Part shown: positions 27,154 to 37,155 of the stretch, one piece after another | Layout of the letters: each line of letters starts with the position of its first letter | How positions within the stretch are numbered: the first letter of the stretch is position 1 | IMG/VR virus record: IMGVR_UViG_3300020370_000004 | Location: 2,562-66,561 of that record | Length of the DNA: 64,000 nucleotides | DNA from: a virus | Strand: one strand, 5' to 3' | Position numbers and translations under genes: made by a program | The notes under the pieces: generated by a model | What the model saw: the letters and a program-made list of their open reading frames with translations, nothing else | Told to the model about the DNA's origin: nothing | Databases searched by the model: none

Positions 27154-30100
27154 CCTTCACTTTGGTGGTTGTATACCTACCTGTGAATGATGACGATGTT
27201 GTTGCTGCGGATGATTTATTTAAACTAATATTGATGTTGTTAGCAGCAACTGAAATCGTTGCATCAACAAGATCATTATCAGAAGTAATTGAGTTAGTAA
27301 CCGTAGCATGTGCAGTTGTACCACTTGCACCACAGACAGCTGTTACTTCAAGCATTTGAACTTTACCATCATCACTTTCAATAGTAATAAGAGTTTTTGA
27401 TCCTTTATATGCTGTTTTATCAAACGCTGTAATTGATGCGTTAGAAGCGAAGGAAGTTAACTGTCCTCCCTCTACTCTGCAGTCATCTAATTCAACGAAA
27501 TCAGCAGTAGAGTCGAAGACTGTTAGGTAGCTTTCAGTACCACCAGACCATCCTCTATTAATCTTCCACTTACATTCTGATGCATTAGCATCTAATGAGA
27601 TGAATGCTTTAGCATCCAATCTAGTTATGTAATCCTGAAGGAGAACATCGTTTCTAGCGTATGGGCTAGTTGGATTAGAAATAGTATCTACCCTTATAGT
27701 AACGTCCTGTGTAGGAGTTAATCCACCAAGAGCAGTACCTGCTATTGTTAATACTTCACCGTCTCCAGATGAAGGAGAAGATGCTGCTTCATATCCAGAA
27801 CCACCTGCGTTAACAGCAACCGTTGTAACAGTTCCATTTGCATCAATGGTGATATCTAATGTCGCTCCACTACCTTCAACAGATGCTGATGTTGCGACTG
27901 CAGTGAATGTTGTGGATGCAGTATATGATGTTGCAACCTGTGTAAGGGTAGCAGCATCAAGAGTAGCAACAGTACCCTGAGTAGGTACATTACGTAGTCT
28001 TAAACCACCAGAAACTTCAAGGTCTTTCTTTGATCTAACTGATACAATATTCTGTGCACCAACTAAAACATTGAATGGGTTAGTATCAAAACTAGTTCCC
28101 TTAAGTGTGAACCCACCAGTAATTGTTGCAAGATGAGATGACTCATAAACAGTATCCGTCATGTTCGATTTGAACGTTAGGGTAGTGTTATTCAATGAAA
28201 GGTTATTAATACCTGCAGCATAGAACTCAAATGTGTCTTCATCAGAACCAGGTGATGCTTCAGTTAATATGTAAGTATCTTGGTCAACGTCACGAACACC
28301 ACCAAGAGATACAAAGTCAGTTCCATTATATCCCTCGAACTGTAACTGAGTATTATTAAATCTTATCGCACCAGTTAATCTGTCATTAGCAAGTGGACGT
28401 TGGTTTGTAGTACCAGATGGAATAATAAATGATCCAGTTGACTTAACATAGACACTCTTACCACCGCCTGGTTTTAGTGTTAAACCTTGACCCTGTGTGT
28501 CAAGAATAGTAATAGTGTTTCCAGATCCACCACCAATCGTAGCAGGGTTAAATGTGATCTCTTCTCCAACATAATAGTTGTGACCTCTAGCAGTAGGTGT
28601 TACTGTTGCAGCAGTAATCGCACCACCAGATACTGTGACATCAAAGGTTGCTCCTAAACCAATACCAGTCGTTGCGGTTACAGTACATGCGGTGTAAGAA
28701 CCATCAGTGTAACCTGTTCCTGTACCAGTAATACCAACTGTGACTATCTCACCGAAAGAGTTAGTACCACCAATGTCTGCGTTTTCAATAGCAGATGTTA
28801 CGAACTTAAGTTTCTCATCAACTTTTAAAGTACCAGTTATTTCTGCATCACCAGTCTGAGTGTCTACTTTTAATTTGTTTTGTCCAACAACACCATCGTT
28901 AACCACAAATTCTCTATTAGTTCCACCAGTGATGATCATGTCACCTTCACCTTTAGGAGTGATGGTTACAGGAATGTCAGCATCTTGACCTGCAGCAGTT
29001 AGTACAGCAGCGTTGTTAAGTTGAAGTCCAGAGTTTGCAGTACCAACAGTAAGAGTTTCAGCAGTAGAGTCTACCTTAAAGAATGGAGCTGCATTACCAA
29101 TAGTACTATCAGCAATAATATCACCTGCAGTTTGTATACTGGTTGCAGAGAATACATGCTTTTGTACTGTATCATGAGTAATACTAATTTCATCCTCAGC
29201 TGATCTGTAAAAACCAGTAGTAGTGTCTGCTGATAGGTAAATGCTAGGAACGAGATTAGTACCATTCTGGATACCAATCTTACCATTTAAGATGTGGTTG
29301 TCTAGACCATTAGCTGTAATATTATCTGTGAAGGATGATGTACCAGTAACACCAAAGGTTCCACCAACAGTAGCGTTGGTTCCGATGGTCGCATTACCAG
29401 TAAAGTTTGCATTTACAGATGTAACAGTATTATTGGAGATGGTAGTATTGGTAGCATCACCGATACCGATTGTTAAATCACCTGTGGTTGAGAAAGAATA
29501 TTTGTCTGATGTTAATGAACCATCACCAGAGATAGTTGTGATACCAGTAGTGTCAATAGTATTTGCTGTCATAGCAAAGTTACTACCAGCACCCATTCCA
29601 CTAAACTGTAATGTATCAAATACTAGATCTTGCCCACTGAAGAAACCTGCTCCTCCACCACCTGTGGATACAGCAGCAGTACTAATATATCCTACCTTAG
29701 TTACGTTAAATACGAAACCAGAACCACCACCACCGCCAAGGTTAGCATCATCAGCAGATAGTTGATCACCAACTTGATATCCTGATCCAGCTGCTTGGAT
29801 GTTAGTTACACTAAAGACACCAGTGTTATCACCAGTGATTGTGTATAAGAAACCAACAATGTCACCAATAAGAGAAGTACTTGTTACTCTAAGTTCGTCA
29901 CCTACCTTATAGTCAGAACCTTGCATACCTGTTGCAAATTCTGCTACAGTAACCACACCACCTGCAACGGTGATGTTCATCTGTGCACCATGACCATATT
30001 CACCTGCAGTACCTGCAGTAATGTTAATTAAGGCATTTTGCGACATAACACGACCATGTACCGAACACTCGTAGTATGCAGTGTTACCTATTGTAGCACC

Positions 30101-33100
30101 TGGTTTAACAATAATATCAACAAATGATCCTGCTTGACCTGCAGATCCATATGTTACTGTTTGGAATTCAGTAGTAGCAGCATTAGATGTACCATCTAAA
30201 ACGAATGGATGACCTGCGTTACTAGTGTCCGACATATCAAAACGATATGTATTACCACGAACCATAGTAAGATTAGGTGCTTCAACTGCACCAGATCCAG
30301 TGTTAATGAAAAATCTTCCTCTTGATTGAGGAGTACCACTAGTGGTTAAACTACCACCACTAGAGAAGTTAACTACTTCGTTATCTTGGAATGTACCTGA
30401 AGTGACTGGATCGTTTATGAATACAAAACTGTCAGTACCTGCAGCTGCAGCACCAACATAACTTACGACACCAACAGCACCAGATGTTGCACCTGTGGCA
30501 GTATCGCCAACATTTATGGTTCCTGTATGACCACTAACAGTTGATGATAACTGTATTTTCTGTTGAGTAGTAACTGGCCATGTTGCAGCAGGGTTATTAT
30601 TAACCATGTCGATCTGCATGTACTCACCATTAGTACCACCAGATCCAGCTGTAATAGTACCAAATAAACCTTGAACCGTTAGGTCAGCAGCAGCATCTGT
30701 ACCATTACCACCTGTTAATGGCACCTGTTGATAAGTACCTGCAGTATATCCAGATCCACCAGCAGATATATTACCACCAACAGGTAATACTGTAAGTGCT
30801 ATCGTAGCACCTGTACCAGATCCACCAGAAACAACAACGGTAGGAACTGCATCATATCCTTCACCACCTTGTGATATCTCAATTGCTGAGACTTGTCCTA
30901 ATTCTGTGTCTAGAGTAGCAGTAGCAACAGCATCGTTAGTTGCGTTACCGCCAGTAAAACTTATATTTGGTGTTGATGAGTATCCATAACCACCACTGTT
31001 TAGAGTAATCGAAGCAACAGCATAAGTTAAGTTTGCAACACTTGCAGCACCACCAGATCCCACAGGGTCAGTCTGAGCAGCAGCAATAGTTAGAGTTGGA
31101 ATTGATGGGTATATACCATCACCTGTAGTGGTGATTGTAGCAATCGGAGCACCAAGTGTAATTGTATAGCTCGCAGGTGTAACTCCTGGATCACTGTCCT
31201 CACTCATAGTAAGAGTAGGAGAAGCACCCACGGTGTATCCTGAACCTGCGTCAGCAATAGCAACAGCAGTAATAGCACCAGCAGCTACAGTTACTGCACC
31301 AGTAGTAGCAGTTACACCCCTAATCTGGTGTATTTCTTGTCCACTAGTTGCACTTAGAACGATTGGAGTACCACCTGAAGTTGCAGCAAGTTGAAGAGTG
31401 TGAGTTGTTGAGTTCCTATTTACAACGTAATATGTTGTACCACTTGTGAGGTTAGTTAAGTCTGAATTGGAATTGTTGTCGTAAACAACTCTATCTCCAT
31501 TAGAGAAGGTTGTCTGAGTAAATGTAATTGCATTATTGGCAATAGCAGTATTAGCATCAAAATCTCTATTGGGAGGAGCACTAAATGTTCCTGTTGGTGA
31601 TGTATATCCACCACCTCCACCTCCACCAGGAATAGCAATTATTGCTACCTTACCACCAGATTCTAGAGAAACTAAGAAGGTTGTAATACCTGATGATGGA
31701 GATATGCTAGTAGTAACACCTGGTGCTGCGGTATATAAAGTACCTGGATTAGTAATGGTAATAGTACCAATCGCACCATCGGTTGCTAGGACTGCGGTTG
31801 CACTAGCAACTAGATCTGGGTTTGATAGAGTTGCAGCACTATATGAACCAGGTGTATATCCAGAACCTTCGTTTGTTATTGTAATACCAGTGGTTTCGTT
31901 AAGAGATTTCTTGTTAACACCAAAGTTCTTGTTAGAGAAGATACCAAAAGAAGAGAAACCTGCTTGTGCATAAGTACCAACTGTGAACGCAACAGAAGAG
32001 TTACCAGTACCTAGGAAAGATGCTAATCTGTTTGGGGCAAAGTAAATATTTTCTGGAGCAATAACCTGACCATTCAACTGAATATCTTCGTCACCTGCAG
32101 GGTCGAGGATGATCTTACCTGACGTAGATGTAAGACTGTTACCTGCTAATCGTAAGTTACCTGTTTCAATGTATGCAGGATAGATGTTAGTAGTACCAGT
32201 TCCATCACTTAAGGTGATGTTAGCAGCAGACTGAGCAGTAGATGTTGCAGCAAACTGAACATTACCAGTAGATTGATCAACTGTAAATGCATCACCAACA
32301 CGGAAGTCACCATCTTGGTCAGTTGATGAGTATAATACTTTACCACTGTTCAGTTCTTCTACTTCGTTTGCCTGAACAGCAAGTGAGGGGTCATTAGTAT
32401 AGTCAGCACCAGCACCAACATATGCAAAGTTATGTGCAGTCAATAAGAGTTTTACACCAGATCCATCTGCCTGTACACCTTTACTACCATATACACATGC
32501 AGAAGCAACTGAACGTAACTCAGCACCAAATGCAGAATAGTCAGCAGTAGTTACCTGAGTAGCACTATCCCCACCACTTGATCTGATATCAGATGTTCCA
32601 CCAGATTCATCAGTGAATGTTGTGGTAGCATCGTCACCGTTACCATGTAATAGTAGTACAGTATTATTATCTGAAACATATGCACTTGTGGTAGGAGTAA
32701 ATGCAGCAGTGAAACGAGCAGCACCTTTACTAAATCTTACCTCATCAATATGTCCGTTGAATGCTTCAGCTGGAGAAGAGGTATCATAGTTAGAACCAAT
32801 TGCTACTGGTTTAGTAGTACCATAGTCATTTGTATCAGCACCACTTGCTAATTCTGTACCATCAAGGAATATCTTAGTAGTTCCAGCGTTTCTTGCAACA
32901 GCAACATGATACCATGTGCCTGTGGATAGAGTACCACCATTAAGTGTGGATGAGTTACCTACGCCATAATGAAGTGCAGTACCATTAAGATAAAGTTTAC
33001 CTGCAGTATCTGTGGATGATGCGTTTCTAAGATCAAATATATGCTGAGTACCAGTTACACTAGCTGGACGTATGAATGCCTCCATACAGAAGTTTGCAGT

Positions 33101-34501
33101 ACCAAATCCGAAGTCTTCATCGGTTGGAACCATCAAGTTATCTTGTGTACCGTCAAATAATAGTGAACCTGATCCAAATTTCTTTTGTGCGGTGTCAATC
33201 TGTGTGTCACCAAATCTACTTAATACTTTTACTGGTTTTAATGTAGTAACAAATTCTCCAGTTCCCTTACCATTAATATAGAGGTAAGTACCATCATTAG
33301 AAGCAATAACACCACGACCAACTGCTTTCTTATAAGTGACGTTACCAGATGCTATAGTACCAGATGCACTATCAGTCAATGTAACAACGTTATCGTCTAC
33401 TTTAGTGACTTGATAGAAGTTATCTGTAGCACCACCACTGATAAAGTCTGCATAGATGTAGTCGTTAGAGACTAAACCATGTCCAGTTCTTGTTAGAGTG
33501 ACCGTAGTTCCTGATCTAGCATATGTACCTGACTGGAAAGCATTTTCTAACTGGTATACTACTTCAGCAGCAGAGAAAGTACCACTCGTACCAGATAGTT
33601 TTAATCTTGTTTGACCTGCTCCATACTTACCTGTAGCACCTTGTATACCTTGTATACCAATAGAAGCAAAGTAGTTGAAGGAATTTAACCACTCACAACG
33701 AATACCATTGGTTAGTAGAACACCAATCTGGTTAGGTGTAATGAAAGTACACTCATTAAAGAGGACTGAAGCGTGTTGTGAATTGGAATTTATTAATGCA
33801 CCGTCTAATTTAGCACCACGACCTGCATCTCCCTGTGCAAATCCATATGGATCTGATGCAGAAGTGACACTACCTTTAGTAGTTACGGTTACTCTTTCAA
33901 TATATGGACTTTTCTCTGAATTAACTGTTGATACTAGAACGAATGCATATCCCTTATCGTTACCACTATCATATTCAAAACCTTTAATTGTAACATCAGA
34001 GACGTGGCAATCTCCTGATAACGTCATTGCGTTATTAGTTTTGGTCGCAGGAGTTGGTTCAATTATTGTTGAACGTAAATTAGTACCACGTAAAGTGATA
34101 CCATCGGGAATTGCTAAAGGAAATACTTCTTGGAAAGTACCAGTACCTACTAATATAGTGTCTCCAGACTGTGCAACAGTAAGTGCTTTAGCGATTGTAA
34201 GGAACGAAGAATCTGAATGCTTACCATTTGCACCAGAGTTAGCTAGAGTAGTATTATCATTACCAGACTTATTAACAAACCATGTGTGAGTAGGACCATT
34301 CGTGATATCAGTGGCCAGCATGTTAGTACTCACCTCACCGACATTCGGTTTCTGGTTCGCAATTTCAACTATCGCACCACCATTTCTGGCGTATAATTTT
34401 TGATCGACTATATTAAGAGCTATCTCACCGTCTTCTAAATTAGAAGTCGTCGGGACTGCTGCTGCTGTCGTCGATCTCTTTAGCTTGATTCTCGTTGCCA
34501 T
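27149..34501 (-). CDS. Tail fibre/virion structural protein (2450 aa) with beta-helix, LamG/concanavalin-like and cupredoxin-like domains
   Basis: MATRIKLKRS..P....L..GEIALN fibre N-terminus; LamG motifs KFGSGSLLFDG, WYHVAVAR, FNGHIDEVR; many GxGY repeats; IPSGTTNQRP..GAIRFN motif. Confidence 0.85.
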   Translation of the reverse strand: MATRIKLKRSTTAAAVPTTSNLEDGEIALNIVDQKLYARNGGAIVEIANQKPNVGEVSTNMLATDITNGPTHTWFVNKSGNDNTTLANSGANGKHSDSSFLTIAKALTVAQSGDTILVGTGTFQEVFPLAIPDGITLRGTNLRSTIIEPTPATKTNNAMTLSGDCHVSDVTIKGFEYDSGNDKGYAFVLVSTVNSEKSPYIERVTVTTKGSVTSASDPYGFAQGDAGRGAKLDGALINSNSQHASVLFNECTFITPNQIGVLLTNGIRCEWLNSFNYFASIGIQGIQGATGKYGAGQTRLKLSGTSGTFSAAEVVYQLENAFQSGTYARSGTTVTLTRTGHGLVSNDYIYADFISGGATDNFYQVTKVDDNVVTLTDSASGTIASGNVTYKKAVGRGVIASNDGTYLYINGKGTGEFVTTLKPVKVLSRFGDTQIDTAQKKFGSGSLLFDGTQDNLMVPTDEDFGFGTANFCMEAFIRPASVTGTQHIFDLRNASSTDTAGKLYLNGTALHYGVGNSSTLNGGTLSTGTWYHVAVARNAGTTKIFLDGTELASGADTNDYGTTKPVAIGSNYDTSSPAEAFNGHIDEVRFSKGAARFTAAFTPTTSAYVSDNNTVLLLHGNGDDATTTFTDESGGTSDIRSSGGDSATQVTTADYSAFGAELRSVASACVYGSKGVQADGSGVKLLLTAHNFAYVGAGADYTNDPSLAVQANEVEELNSGKVLYSSTDQDGDFRVGDAFTVDQSTGNVQFAATSTAQSAANITLSDGTGTTNIYPAYIETGNLRLAGNSLTSTSGKIILDPAGDEDIQLNGQVIAPENIYFAPNRLASFLGTGNSSVAFTVGTYAQAGFSSFGIFSNKNFGVNKKSLNETTGITITNEGSGYTPGSYSAATLSNPDLVASATAVLATDGAIGTITITNPGTLYTAAPGVTTSISPSSGITTFLVSLESGGKVAIIAIPGGGGGGGYTSPTGTFSAPPNRDFDANTAIANNAITFTQTTFSNGDRVVYDNNSNSDLTNLTSGTTYYVVNRNSTTHTLQLAATSGGTPIVLSATSGQEIHQIRGVTATTGAVTVAAGAITAVAIADAGSGYTVGASPTLTMSEDSDPGVTPASYTITLGAPIATITTTGDGIYPSIPTLTIAAAQTDPVGSGGAASVANLTYAVASITLNSGGYGYSSTPNISFTGGNATNDAVATATLDTELGQVSAIEISQGGEGYDAVPTVVVSGGSGTGATIALTVLPVGGNISAGGSGYTAGTYQQVPLTGGNGTDAAADLTVQGLFGTITAGSGGTNGEYMQIDMVNNNPAATWPVTTQQKIQLSSTVSGHTGTINVGDTATGATSGAVGVVSYVGAAAAGTDSFVFINDPVTSGTFQDNEVVNFSSGGSLTTSGTPQSRGRFFINTGSGAVEAPNLTMVRGNTYRFDMSDTSNAGHPFVLDGTSNAATTEFQTVTYGSAGQAGSFVDIIVKPGATIGNTAYYECSVHGRVMSQNALINITAGTAGEYGHGAQMNITVAGGVVTVAEFATGMQGSDYKVGDELRVTSTSLIGDIVGFLYTITGDNTGVFSVTNIQAAGSGYQVGDQLSADDANLGGGGGSGFVFNVTKVGYISTAAVSTGGGGAGFFSGQDLVFDTLQFSGMGAGSNFAMTANTIDTTGITTISGDGSLTSDKYSFSTTGDLTIGIGDATNTTISNNTVTSVNANFTGNATIGTNATVGGTFGVTGTSSFTDNITANGLDNHILNGKIGIQNGTNLVPSIYLSADTTTGFYRSAEDEISITHDTVQKHVFSATSIQTAGDIIADSTIGNAAPFFKVDSTAETLTVGTANSGLQLNNAAVLTAAGQDADIPVTITPKGEGDMIITGGTNREFVVNDGVVGQNKLKVDTQTGDAEITGTLKVDEKLKFVTSAIENADIGGTNSFGEIVTVGITGTGTGYTDGSYTACTVTATTGIGLGATFDVTVSGGAITAATVTPTARGHNYYVGEEITFNPATIGGGSGNTITILDTQGQGLTLKPGGGKSVYVKSTGSFIIPSGTTNQRPLANDRLTGAIRFNNTQLQFEGYNGTDFVSLGGVRDVDQDTYILTEASPGSDEDTFEFYAAGINNLSLNNTTLTFKSNMTDTVYESSHLATITGGFTLKGTSFDTNPFNVLVGAQNIVSVRSKKDLEVSGGLRLRNVPTQGTVATLDAATLTQVATSYTASTTFTAVATSASVEGSGATLDITIDANGTVTTVAVNAGGSGYEAASSPSSGDGEVLTIAGTALGGLTPTQDVTIRVDTISNPTSPYARNDVLLQDYITRLDAKAFISLDANASECKWKINRGWSGGTESYLTVFDSTADFVELDDCRVEGGQLTSFASNASITAFDKTAYKGSKTLITIESDDGKVQMLEVTAVCGASGTTAHATVTNSITSDNDLVDATISVAANNINISLNKSSAATTSSSFTGRYTTTKVKV

Positions 34502-34643
34502 CTACTTGTGCATCACTAGTTTGTTCGTTTATAGTATTTAACTGGGTTTGCAGGTCTTCGACCTGTGCTTCCAGCATCACATTAATGAGGGTCAATTCAG
34601 AGACTTTTCTTTGTAATCTAGAAATAACAATTTGTGCATTCAT
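34440..34643 (-). CDS. Small coiled-coil hypothetical protein
   Basis: LQRKVSELTLINVMLEAQVEDLQTQL heptads; lies between two fibre genes. Confidence 0.65.
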   Translation of the reverse strand: MNAQIVISRLQRKVSELTLINVMLEAQVEDLQTQLNTINEQTSDAQVDGNENQAKEIDDSSSSPDDF

Positions 34644-34655
34644 GTTAATAAAGTT

Positions 34656-36341
34656 TTAAAAAGTACCACCGTCGATCGTGTTTGTCCAGACTGGAACTCC
34701 AGCTGCAGTGACGGTTAATATTTGATAGGATTCTGTTACGTCAGGTGTAGTACCAGGAGATGCCATGTTAGCAGCACCAGTTACCTGTAAAGCACCTGTG
34801 TTGTTACCATATATGATACCATTTGTGGTAAATGAACTAGCACCAGTACCACCGTATTGAACTACGAGGTCAGAGTCTAACTCAAGATCACCAATAAGAA
34901 CAGTACCACGGTTTCCAGTTACACCAAAAACAGTACCTGTGTCAGTTGCATCTTCAATAAATGTCCATGCACCTGCTCCATCGTTACCACCTGTGCGGTC
35001 ATAACCAAAGAAACCAAATTTATTGGTTCCAGATGTGTTGTAATGAACCTTAACACCACGATCCATTGCATCATCAGCACCTCTGACAGTAACTAATGTA
35101 GCACCAACTACTTGGTCAGCAGTGATTGCTGCACTTAGTGTAAGTGTTTTTGTGCCTGTATTGATAGAAGCAATAGTTGTGCCACCAGGAATACCTGTTC
35201 CAGTTATAGCATCACCTGCTTGTAACTGTTCCACACTGTCAACTTGAACAGCAACTGTTGCGTTACCTGCAAAGGTAGCAAGAGTTTTAACTGTTACAGG
35301 AGTAGTAGGATCACCCAATTCAATGGTAGGATCGTTAACAGACATTGAAGCACTGTTAACAGTCGTTGTTGTACCATCAATTTGGAGGTCACCTTTGATT
35401 ATAACCAATCCATCAGCGTCGCCACCTGCAGGATATGGGTCAATAATCAATTCTTGTATACTATTAATAGTAGAAAGTGTATTACCATCTAACTTTAGAT
35501 TGTCAACCTCAATTTGACCAGTCTGTTGTGTAGTACCAGTAATAGTTGTTTGACCGTTAAATGTCACACCGTTTTGGAACGTTGTGGTTGCATTAACTGT
35601 CAACAGGTCGCCAGCTGCAGTACCAAGAGTTGTGTTGTCATCAACCTTAAGGTCTTTAGTCCATGTGGTTGCTGAAATACCAATACCACCAGCAAAGGTG
35701 ACAGATGCAGTTCCTACGTTGGAAGCATCAGTTGTATCCGCATAACTTGCAGTAACACCGACAGCATAGTTCCAATCTGCACCCTCTACTTGGATTTTGT
35801 CAGAAGTTGTCTCATCATAGTATATGGAAGCATCCTTTGTATTACCGAAATGAAGCTTCATGTCATCAGCGATACGCAAGTCGGGGGTACCTGCTACTCG
35901 CTTGATGTCCACAACAGCATCAGAGTCGTTAAATACAAATTCTACGTCACCTGTAGTACCAAATTCTAGTTCCTGACCATCTTCAATAACCAGTTTACCT
36001 GTGCCATTTGCACGGAAGATAAGGTCAGCATCAGTAGTGGCTGTTGTAATGACGTTAGCATTTAAGTTAATGTCATCAACATTCCAGTTATCAATCTTTG
36101 AATTACTGTCTAGAACAACAGCAGAACTTGCGGTTAGAGTTCCATGGACATGATCAAGCATGTCTGTGAAGTATCTACCACCAACTACCTGTGCAGCACC
36201 ATTGTTATCACCTGCAAATAGGCGATCACCAGCATTTGCTTGAGTACCGTTTGCACCAGTAGTAAGTGCTAATTCACCATACGTAATGGTGCCTGGTGCG
36301 GTTGAACCAGTACTCCTTTTAATGAGTATATTTGATGCCAT
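34656..36341 (-). CDS. Tail fibre-like structural protein (561 aa)
   Basis: ILIKRSTGSTAP...GELA N-terminus; GDLQIDGTTTTVNS..VNDP.IELG, DRG...GFFGYD; ends TIDGGTF. Confidence 0.8.
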   Translation of the reverse strand: MASNILIKRSTGSTAPGTITYGELALTTGANGTQANAGDRLFAGDNNGAAQVVGGRYFTDMLDHVHGTLTASSAVVLDSNSKIDNWNVDDINLNANVITTATTDADLIFRANGTGKLVIEDGQELEFGTTGDVEFVFNDSDAVVDIKRVAGTPDLRIADDMKLHFGNTKDASIYYDETTSDKIQVEGADWNYAVGVTASYADTTDASNVGTASVTFAGGIGISATTWTKDLKVDDNTTLGTAAGDLLTVNATTTFQNGVTFNGQTTITGTTQQTGQIEVDNLKLDGNTLSTINSIQELIIDPYPAGGDADGLVIIKGDLQIDGTTTTVNSASMSVNDPTIELGDPTTPVTVKTLATFAGNATVAVQVDSVEQLQAGDAITGTGIPGGTTIASINTGTKTLTLSAAITADQVVGATLVTVRGADDAMDRGVKVHYNTSGTNKFGFFGYDRTGGNDGAGAWTFIEDATDTGTVFGVTGNRGTVLIGDLELDSDLVVQYGGTGASSFTTNGIIYGNNTGALQVTGAANMASPGTTPDVTESYQILTVTAAGVPVWTNTIDGGTF

Positions 36342-36562
36342 CAGAAGCTACCCCCGTTGATAGTGATGTTGTTTAATACGTTTGTTGGAACAAATTTTGT
36401 GTCTGCAGCAGAATAGACTAGAACAGAACCGTCTGCTAGTCCTCCTTGAGATACGTCTGTGAGATCCACATCAGACATACCACCAATAGTACCTCCACCA
36501 CCTCCAGTGGCGACTCTGGTTACTCTTGGAACTGATTGATCTCCAAATCTTAGTCTTGCCAT
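36341..36562 (-). CDS. Small structural protein (73 aa)
   Basis: MSDVD..L.DGSVLVY....KF motif, ends INGGSF; 1-nt stop/start overlaps on both sides. Confidence 0.7.
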   Translation of the reverse strand: MARLRFGDQSVPRVTRVATGGGGGTIGGMSDVDLTDVSQGGLADGSVLVYSAADTKFVPTNVLNNITINGGSF

Positions 36563-36900
36563 TAAATTGTTACCCCCTCAAGTACGCTGACAGAACCTTC
36601 CAGAACTCTGGATTTAATACCAGATGTTGCTGTGATAACGACATCATATACGTAACGACCTGACTTCATTGCGGCCGTTTGTCCATTTGTGAGAGATAAT
36701 TGAATCTGCCCACTGGTTGCAGGTGATAGAACTGCAGCAGTTACAGTAGTGGACGTACTACTTGTGTAATGCTTTTTGATTTTACATGCTACTGTATATC
36801 CAGTCAAATTGAATACTGTTCCATTATCGTTTTCAATAGTGAAGTCGATGATGAAGTCAGAACCCTGATATATCAGTAAATTGGATACAGCACTAGCCAT
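36562..36900 (-). CDS. Small beta-sandwich structural protein (112 aa)
   Basis: NLLIYQGSDF...FNLTGYT...GQIQLSLT..QT..MKSGRYVYDV...RVLEG, a pattern recalled from T4-like cyanophages. Confidence 0.75.
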   Translation of the reverse strand: MASAVSNLLIYQGSDFIIDFTIENDNGTVFNLTGYTVACKIKKHYTSSTSTTVTAAVLSPATSGQIQLSLTNGQTAAMKSGRYVYDVVITATSGIKSRVLEGSVSVLEGVTI

Positions 36901-36916
36901 TCTTTTACAACTATAT

Positions 36917-36938
36917 TATTTAGCTTAACTTTATTTAT
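36917..36938 (-). promoter_or_regulatory. Tandem late-promoter motifs CTAAATA (36917-36923) and ATAAATA (36932-36938)
   Basis: tatttag and tatttat on the + strand upstream of the ATG at 36900. Confidence 0.6.
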
Positions 36939-37155
36939 CTTCTTTCTCAATCAAACTCTTTACAAGACTTTTTAATTCCGCAACCTCACCCTTTAAAGCA
37001 TCCATTTCTGCTGCTTTTCTTCTTGCTTCTGCACGTGCCTTCTTATAAGATTCATACGCACTCAGGTCGGTATTTATTATCGCATTAGAACTTGGATCCC
37101 TACCGAGTGAGTTGTGTCCTTCGACAGGGATCAGTTCAATTATGTCTTTTTCCAT
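36931..37155 (-). CDS. Hypothetical protein (74 aa)
   Basis: VEGHNSLGRDPSSNAIINTD...coiled coil; TAATG-coupled to the VrlC-like gene. Confidence 0.75.
   Translation of the reverse strand: MEKDIIELIPVEGHNSLGRDPSSNAIINTDLSAYESYKKARAEARRKAAEMDALKGEVAELKSLVKSLIEKEDK

Noticed and set aside
34535-34541. TTAAATA as a late promoter for the 2450-aa gene
   Set aside because: Deviates from TATAAATA/CTAAATA and lies within a coding region of an AT-rich genome; too weak to call.
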